Shown: in pieces, positions 57,941 through 64,000 of the stretch
How the letters are laid out: the number at the start of each line of letters is the position of its first letter
Numbering within the stretch: position 1 is the first letter of the stretch
Assembly: GCA_963843795.1 (NCBI GenBank)
Contig: CAWJLW010000006.1
Coordinates: 3,484,375 to 3,548,374 of the forward strand
DNA from: an uncultured bacterium
GTDB taxonomy: Bacteria > Armatimonadota > Abditibacteriia > Abditibacteriales > Abditibacteriaceae
Direction of reading: 5' to 3'
Length of the DNA: 64,000 bases
Translations under genes and position numbers: made by a program
The notes under the pieces: model-generated
Database searches by the model: none
What the model was told of the DNA's origin: nothing
Seen by the model: only the letters and a program-made list of their open reading frames with translations

Positions 57941-60544
57941 CTAACGATGCAGGCGACATTTGCGGCGTGGCACCTGCGAGGCCACAAAAAATTGCTGCAG
58001 GGTGACCGGACATTTGCTGGTGGCCAAATCGCCCGAATCAGCACAAATTGTCGCTACGACTTCGCCGCTGCCCGCGTCGCGCACATCGCCTTCAACTATC
58101 AGCTGGCTGTCATCGGTGGGCGGTGCAGGCGAACGCTTTCGTCCTGACCGATTCGAGCTTTGCGAGGGTGTTCGCGAGCTAGGCACGCGCAGCGAAGTAT
58201 TTTGCGCCCGCACCGGCGGATCCGTGAAATCATCACCGCTGCTGTCACCGTTGCTGTCACCGTTGTCACCATTATTGGTGTCGAAATTGGAAGCAGGCGG
58301 CGCGCTCAGGGCACCCTCATCCGTGTTATCTCTAGCGCCTTCATCCAGCGTGCGGTCGCGCTGCGGCGGTCCGTGAACGTAGCAGATCTCGCTGGGCACG
58401 GTGCCTGCCGCACTGAAACTTTTACGGATGGTGTTAGGGCAATATTTATTGGCAATCAAACCGCTTTCGCTGCAGAGCGTGAGGGTAACGACTTTTTTGT
58501 ATTGCTCCGAGCGCATGCGCTGCATCTGGGTAGCGCGCTTATCTTCGATCATTTTTTCGACCGGATTGCGCTTATCCCACACATCCAACGCTTGCACCAT
58601 AAAGCGGCGCCAAGCCGGCCCGCACCAACGTCCGCCTGCCGAACCGTATAATTCGCGCGGCTTATCGTAACCCATCCACACGCCGCACACCAGCTTTTTC
58701 GTCCCGCCCATAAACCACACGTCGCGGTTATCGCTCGTCGTGCCGGTTTTGCCGATCACATCAACGCCGCCGATTTGCGCGACGGTGCCGGTTCCATTCG
58801 TGACCACGTAGCGCAGCATTTCCCACATCCGATCAGCGGCCTGCTGACTTAAAACGCGCGCGCCCATAACTGGCGAAGGTTGTTCGACCAGGGTTTCGCC
58901 CGCATAAGTATCGACGCGAATAATTGGCGTCGCATCGGCGCGCAAACCGCGCGTGCAAAACACGCCATAAGCCGAAGTATTTTCCAAAAGCGTGATGTCG
59001 CTTGCGCCCAAAGCCAGCGAGGGATAAGGCGCGAGCGCCGAAGTGATTCCCATCATGTGAGCTTTTTGAATCACATTGGGAATACCTAAACGCATCAAAA
59101 TTCGCACGGCGGCCACGTTGTTCGATTTGGCGATGGCGCGCTTGAAAGTGATTTTGCCGTAATGAACGTTGCGCCCTTCGTAATTTTTCGGCGACCAACC
59201 GTCAATCTTGATTGCTTTGTCTTCAACAACCGAATCGGGCGTATAGCCTTGTTCCATCGCGGTCGCGTAAACAAAAGGCTTGAAAGTCGAACCCGATTGG
59301 CGCTTGGCTTGGGTGGCGCGGTTGAATTGTCCGTTTTTGCCGCCATAATAATCGCGCCCACCATACATCGCCAGAATGCGGCCCGACCACGGATCAATGC
59401 ACACCATCGAACCCTGCAAATCGCGCCCGCCGACATCGTTCAAACGATCCTTCATCGTTTTTTCGGCAATCGTCTGCAACGTGGGGTCGAGCGTGGTGTA
59501 AATTTTCAAACCGCTTTTGTTCAAAAATTCATCCGACCAATCGTATTGGCTTTGCAAATACTGCTTCACATACGACACGAAATACGGAGAACGCCATTTC
59601 GTGACTTTGGTGCGTTCGGCCAACAAGCGCTCTTTGGATTCCTGAATTTGCTTTTCCAAAGATTGATCTTTCAACGCCGCCAAATATTGACCGTAGTTGA
59701 TTTTTCTGTTGTCCAACATCGCTTTGAGTACCAAGCGCTGGCGTTTTTTGGCGCGCTCGAAATGCTGAAAAGGGTCTAAGCGTGTCGGTTGCTGTGGCAA
59801 ACCGGCCAACATCGCGGCCTGGGCAATCGACAAATCTTTGGCGTGTTTGCCGAAATAGCGGTCGGCTGCGGCCTCGCAACCATAAGCGCGATTGCCGTAA
59901 TAAATTTCGTTGAGATACAGTTCGAGAATTTCGTCTTTGGTGAAGCGCTTTTCCAGTTGCAGGGCCAAAAGTGCGGTTTGCAAACGGCGGGCGAGTGTTT
60001 TGGTGCGCGTTAGATAAATATTGACGGCGAGCTGTTCGGTGATTGTCGAGCCGCCCTGCTGCGTGCCGTCGGGATTGCGAAAATTCGAAAGCAAGGCGCC
60101 ACCAATGCGATACGCGTCCATACCGGGATGCGTATAAAAGCGCGCGTCTTCGATGGACAAAGTGGCGTTGATGAGATGGCCGGATTCGACAACGTCGCGG
60201 CCACTGCGTTTGCGCGTGACTTTGAGCTGTTCGAGCGGAATGAAATCGCGCTGCTCGCCTTTGAATTCGGCCAGCAAAGTTCTGTCGGCTGCGTAAACGC
60301 GCGTGGGTTCGGCTTTGGTGCGCGAAGTGATGAAGCGCGTGTCGGGCACGATTTTGTTCAACTGATCATACAAACCTTTGCCAACACAAATGGTGACGAC
60401 GATGGCGCAGAATAAAATCAGTTGAACCGAAATAAACAACCACTTCAAATACCACCAGAACGAATGCGCGAAACGCCGTTTGTCGGGCGCGTTGCCGCTC
60501 TGGGGCACCGTGCGGTTTGAAACTGTCGATGAAAGATTGGACAT
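57941..60544 (-). CDS. Class A penicillin-binding protein (PBP1A family)
   Basis: EDARFYTH, GGSTITEQL, SGSTFKP (SxxK), SNN, KTG; ATG at 60544 precedes the TM helix. Confidence 0.95.
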   Translation of the reverse strand: MSNLSSTVSNRTVPQSGNAPDKRRFAHSFWWYLKWLFISVQLILFCAIVVTICVGKGLYDQLNKIVPDTRFITSRTKAEPTRVYAADRTLLAEFKGEQRDFIPLEQLKVTRKRSGRDVVESGHLINATLSIEDARFYTHPGMDAYRIGGALLSNFRNPDGTQQGGSTITEQLAVNIYLTRTKTLARRLQTALLALQLEKRFTKDEILELYLNEIYYGNRAYGCEAAADRYFGKHAKDLSIAQAAMLAGLPQQPTRLDPFQHFERAKKRQRLVLKAMLDNRKINYGQYLAALKDQSLEKQIQESKERLLAERTKVTKWRSPYFVSYVKQYLQSQYDWSDEFLNKSGLKIYTTLDPTLQTIAEKTMKDRLNDVGGRDLQGSMVCIDPWSGRILAMYGGRDYYGGKNGQFNRATQAKRQSGSTFKPFVYATAMEQGYTPDSVVEDKAIKIDGWSPKNYEGRNVHYGKITFKRAIAKSNNVAAVRILMRLGIPNVIQKAHMMGITSALAPYPSLALGASDITLLENTSAYGVFCTRGLRADATPIIRVDTYAGETLVEQPSPVMGARVLSQQAADRMWEMLRYVVTNGTGTVAQIGGVDVIGKTGTTSDNRDVWFMGGTKKLVCGVWMGYDKPRELYGSAGGRWCGPAWRRFMVQALDVWDKRNPVEKMIEDKRATQMQRMRSEQYKKVVTLTLCSESGLIANKYCPNTIRKSFSAAGTVPSEICYVHGPPQRDRTLDEGARDNTDEGALSAPPASNFDTNNGDNGDSNGDSSGDDFTDPPVRAQNTSLRVPSSRTPSQSSNRSGRKRSPAPPTDDSQLIVEGDVRDAGSGEVVATICADSGDLATSKCPVTLQQFFVASQVPRRKCRLHR

Positions 60545-60866
60545 AAAAACTCCCACACAAATTATAACCAACAGGCTGCAATTTGCTGTTTGAACGTTCG
60601 CTGGCTTTCCACGAACGCCGCAAGTACTTGCCGGTGTGTTGAGCGCAGAATGCGGGCAAGAATCGCTGCAAGTGCTTGTGTGGGGCTTTTCACCCATTAC
60701 AAATCCTGCCATAAAAACCGCAGCGCACGGGTGCGCAGCGCCTTTATACTTAACGCAACCGAACATTCCTTTCCGACACCTGAGTGTCGATTTGAAACAC
60801 CTGACACGCCTTGTAAGTGCTGGGTGCAAGTACCTGCAGGCATCAAAACCTTTGCAAATTTTCGCT

Positions 60867-62774
60867 GTGAACATTAAATTCCGTAATTTCGCCTGGGGCG
60901 TTTTGGCCTACAACATCCTCGTTATCATCTGGGGGGCGTATGTGCGCGCCTCGCGTTCGGGCGACGGCTGCGGCGATCACTGGCCCAAATGCAATGGCGA
61001 ACTGATTCCCAATGCCGCTTCGCTCACCAAAACGTGGGTCGAATACGCCCATCGCGGTATGACGGTGGTCGATGGCTTTCTGATTCTCGCTCTGGTCATC
61101 TGGGCGTTTCGGATTTATCCGAAAAAACATCAGGTGCGCTTGGGCGCGTCGTTATCGCTGGGCTTTGTTCTGGTCGAAGCATTAATCGGTGCATTTTTGG
61201 TCAAATTCAAACTGGTCGCCGAAAGCCAATCGGAATATCGCGCGGTCGCGATGTCGTTGCACCTGGTGAACACCTTGTTTTTGCTGGTGGCTTTGACACT
61301 CACCGCGTGGTGGGCGATGGGCAAGCCGCGCATCAAACTGTTTGGTCAGGGCGCGATGGGCTTTGCGATTGTTGCCAATATTGCAGCCGTTATCGCGCTG
61401 GCGGTTACGGGCGCGTTGGCAGCGCTGGGAGATACCGTTTTTCCGGCGGCCGATTACGATGAACTGATTCGCACCGTGCAGCGCGAATTGGCGGGCGGAA
61501 AAACTTTGCAGGGCAGCGTGCATTTGTTCGAGCATTTGCGCACCTTTCATCCGTTTACAACCTTCACCGTCGGTTTATGGCTGATGCTGGTGTGCGGTTT
61601 GTGCGGACGATTGCGCCCTTCGCCCGACACCACGCGATGGATGCGTTGGACGGTTTCCCTTTTTGCGATTCAAGTCTCGTGCGGCTTGCTCAATCTGGTT
61701 TTGTTGGCGCCGATCTGGTTGCAAATGGTGCATTTGCTATTGGCCGATGCGCTGTGGATCAGCTTGGTTTTGATGTCGGCCTCGGCTTTGGCCGTCGATT
61801 GTCGACAGGTCGAAATGGAATCGGCGAATCAGGTGCGTGAGGAAATCGGCATTCCACTTTTGCCCGACGGCGCAGATGGCGCCTATGCGCATGCGACCTG
61901 GAAAGATTATCTCGCCCTGACCAAACCACGGGTGATTTCGCTGTTGTTATTCACCACCTTAACCGCGATGTTTATCGGCAAAGGCGGCTGGCCCGGCTTG
62001 TGGCTGACCGTCGCGACGGGGCTGGGTTTGTATATGTCAGCGGGCGCTGCCAACGCGATTAACATGGTGTGCGAGCGCGATTTGGATTTGAAGATGGAGC
62101 GCACGTCCAAGCGCCCGACCTTGACTTCCGTTGCGCCGCCCAAGGCGTTGTGGTTTGCTTTTGCATTGGCGATTGGCAGCTTTGCCTTGTTATGGAGTGC
62201 GGCCAATTTGTTAGCGGCGCAAATGGCCTTGTCCGGCCTTGTGGTTTACGTTATTGTTTATACGCTGCTGCTCAAGCGACGGACGTGGAGCAATATCGTG
62301 ATCGGCGGTGCGGCGGGCGCTTTTCCGCCGCTTGTGGGCTACGCCGCAGTAACGGACAGCTTGTCGCCGATGGCGTGGGTCTTGTTCAGCATCGTTTTCG
62401 TGTGGACGCCGGTGCATTTTTGGGCGTTGGCTTTGTTGATTAAAGATGATTACGCCAAAGCCGGTGTGCCAATGTTACCTGTAGTGCAGGGCGATCGCAA
62501 TACAACGGTGCAAATCGGCGCTTACACAATTGCAACGATCGCGATTTCGCTGTTGCCATTTGGTTTGCATGAGGGCGGTTTGAATGGAAGCGCCTCGAGC
62601 GCGGGCTGGATTTATCTGGTTGCGGTAGTGGTGTTGAACGCAATTCTTACGCTACGTTCGATTCAGCTATATCAAAATCCCACTCGACCGCGCGCCAGTT
62701 CCCTGTTTCACTATTCGATGTTGTATTTGGCGCTGCTATTTCTGGCGCTGGCCGTAGATCGTTCCGTTATTTAG
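60867..62774 (+). CDS. Fused heme A synthase (CtaA/COX15) - heme O synthase (CtaB/CyoE); start uncertain
   Basis: GCGDHWPKCNG, EYAHR, HLLLA, then LTKPRVISLL, ERDLDLKMERTSKRP, WTPVHFWALAL, DYAKAGVPMLP. Confidence 0.92.
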   Translation: MNIKFRNFAWGVLAYNILVIIWGAYVRASRSGDGCGDHWPKCNGELIPNAASLTKTWVEYAHRGMTVVDGFLILALVIWAFRIYPKKHQVRLGASLSLGFVLVEALIGAFLVKFKLVAESQSEYRAVAMSLHLVNTLFLLVALTLTAWWAMGKPRIKLFGQGAMGFAIVANIAAVIALAVTGALAALGDTVFPAADYDELIRTVQRELAGGKTLQGSVHLFEHLRTFHPFTTFTVGLWLMLVCGLCGRLRPSPDTTRWMRWTVSLFAIQVSCGLLNLVLLAPIWLQMVHLLLADALWISLVLMSASALAVDCRQVEMESANQVREEIGIPLLPDGADGAYAHATWKDYLALTKPRVISLLLFTTLTAMFIGKGGWPGLWLTVATGLGLYMSAGAANAINMVCERDLDLKMERTSKRPTLTSVAPPKALWFAFALAIGSFALLWSAANLLAAQMALSGLVVYVIVYTLLLKRRTWSNIVIGGAAGAFPPLVGYAAVTDSLSPMAWVLFSIVFVWTPVHFWALALLIKDDYAKAGVPMLPVVQGDRNTTVQIGAYTIATIAISLLPFGLHEGGLNGSASSAGWIYLVAVVVLNAILTLRSIQLYQNPTRPRASSLFHYSMLYLALLFLALAVDRSVI

Positions 62775-62958
62775 AATTTTTTGAGTTTGGCGAACTGGCA
62801 AGTACTTGCAGGCCATTCCAAAGTGCTGCATATTATTTGGCAGCGATATTTTGAAAACGACGGGAAACGCAGTTTTAAAAAGCAGGTTGCCAGGCCAGTT
62901 AAAAAGTAGTTAGAACGCAGGTAAAAAAAGTAGGCAGAAGAGAAGGCAAGAAAGCGCG

Positions 62959-63813
62959 ATGGCTCAAATTTTCTCACCCAGTTCCAATGTGGTTGCCAAG
63001 CTCAGCATCGTCGGTGCCTTGATGGCAGTGCCGGCGTTGGGTGCTTCCATTTACGGCATCAACATGGTGTATGGCTACAAATACTATGTTCCGGTCGAAC
63101 AACCGGTGCAGTTTTCGCATAAACATCACGTCGGTGATGATGGCATCGACTGCCGCTATTGCCACACTTCAGTCGAAAAATCGTTCAGCGCCGGTATGCC
63201 CTCAACGCATACCTGCATGAGCTGTCACTCGCAAATCTGGTCCGATAGCCCGGAATTGCAAGTGGTGCGCGCTTCGTATGCCAGCGGTCAGCCGCTGCGC
63301 TGGAACCGCGTGCACGACATGCCCGATTTCGTTTATTTCAATCACTCGATTCACATCAAAAAAGGCGTCGGTTGTGAAACCTGTCACGGTCGTGTGGATG
63401 AAAAGCCACTGATGTGGAAATCGCACTCGATGACGATGTCGTGGTGTTTGGATTGCCATCGCCAGCCCGAAAAATATTTGCGTCCACGCGAAGCCGTGTT
63501 TACGATGGGCTACGTGCCCGGAAAAACCACAACCAATGCCGCCGGTTCGATGGCGTTGGAGCCGAGGTCGATCAAAGATACGGTGAGTGGTCGCCAAGCA
63601 GCACTCAAGGGCATCACCTACGAACAATTGCGCGAAGGCGAAGAAAAAGGCGAAGCTGGCGCGAAGGGCGAAGCCGGCGCGAAGGGCGAGGCCGGCGCAC
63701 AAGCCGAAGCGCATGGTGGCATGACGCAGTTGCAAATCGGGCTGGATTTAAAGCGACAATACAAAATCCGCTCAGCGCGCGAACTGACCGATTGCGGCAC
63801 CTGTCACCGTTAA
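62959..63813 (+). CDS. actA: Pentaheme cytochrome c, alternative complex III subunit ActA
   Basis: MAQIF, QPVQFSHKHH, five CxxCH motifs, PDFVYFNHSIH. Confidence 0.9.
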   Translation: MAQIFSPSSNVVAKLSIVGALMAVPALGASIYGINMVYGYKYYVPVEQPVQFSHKHHVGDDGIDCRYCHTSVEKSFSAGMPSTHTCMSCHSQIWSDSPELQVVRASYASGQPLRWNRVHDMPDFVYFNHSIHIKKGVGCETCHGRVDEKPLMWKSHSMTMSWCLDCHRQPEKYLRPREAVFTMGYVPGKTTTNAAGSMALEPRSIKDTVSGRQAALKGITYEQLREGEEKGEAGAKGEAGAKGEAGAQAEAHGGMTQLQIGLDLKRQYKIRSARELTDCGTCHR

Positions 63814-63968
63814 AAGGTCAACATCAGAACGCCAGCGCTATTGAAGCGCAAACGTTAAAAGATCACGCAAGCAAAAGATCACGCAAGCACAGGCAAGTAC
63901 TTGCAGCGCACCGGCACGTACTTGCGAGAACAAATACAGTTGGGTTTGTAGGACAGTTAAGGAAAAAG

Positions 63969-64000
63969 ATGTCGAATCCGTTGATTCAAATCCTCGACCG
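63969..64000 (+). CDS. Start of next CDS (possibly ActB), truncated
   Basis: AAGGA then ATG at 63969; identity inferred only from usual act operon order. Confidence 0.35.
   Translation, partial: MSNPLIQILD

Larger units (their letters stand above)
460..63925. repeat. Dispersed palindromic motif GCAAGTACTTGC (about 39 exact copies)
   Basis: Exact starts: 460,1204,2631,4382,4592,8789,10845,12851,14288,15720,17465,18202,20079,21110,22121,23830,26736,33113,33323,35036,35495,35864,36763,37763,39794,41095,41312,43280,49177,50042,50069,51201,52844,54332,55539,57285,60620,62798,63893. Confidence 0.97.

Noticed and set aside
60545..60874. Long N-terminal extensions of PBP1A and CtaA-CtaB in the ORF track (similarly for pyrD, glgC, the kinase and the permease)
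   Set aside because: They overlap each other, run through stop-free palindromes and precede the recognisable domain starts; treated as intergenic.
460..63925. Palindromes as integron attC sites or a classical MITE/IS family
   Set aside because: No GTTRRRY/RYYYAAC ends, no shared arms, no target-site duplications and no integrase or transposase seen; they flank core housekeeping genes. A REP-like origin cannot be fully excluded without the whole genome.

Overview
A bacterial chromosomal window (moderately GC-rich; gene content and style suggest Abditibacteriota/Armatimonadota, which is inference only). It spans the probable replication origin: a DnaA-box cluster with an unwinding element upstream of dnaN-recF-dciA-serS, with no dnaA or gyrB present. 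About 19 kb away lie parAB and five parS sites. The window also holds housekeeping genes (hslV, rbsK, tkt, rpe, efp, pyrF/D/K, nrdR, glgC, PBP1A, ctaA-ctaB fusion, actA), two sugar-utilisation clusters and a TPR-ExbB-ExbD-PA14 operon. The dominant unexplained signal is the 12-bp palindrome GCAAGTACTTGC. I counted about 39 exact and about 15 near-exact copies by eye (one per ~1.6 kb). It sits at most gene junctions and in frame inside at least 11 genes. It is frequently extended into perfect 22-52 bp palindromes whose arms differ at every locus, which points to an undescribed HIP1/DUS-like genome-wide motif plus a local palindrome-generating process. Other highlights: an ArgRS paralog with eroded catalytic motifs, a zinc-finger microprotein where dnaA normally sits, and an unannotated glycosidase-domain pseudogene. 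All counts and alignments were done by eye; no database search was run.
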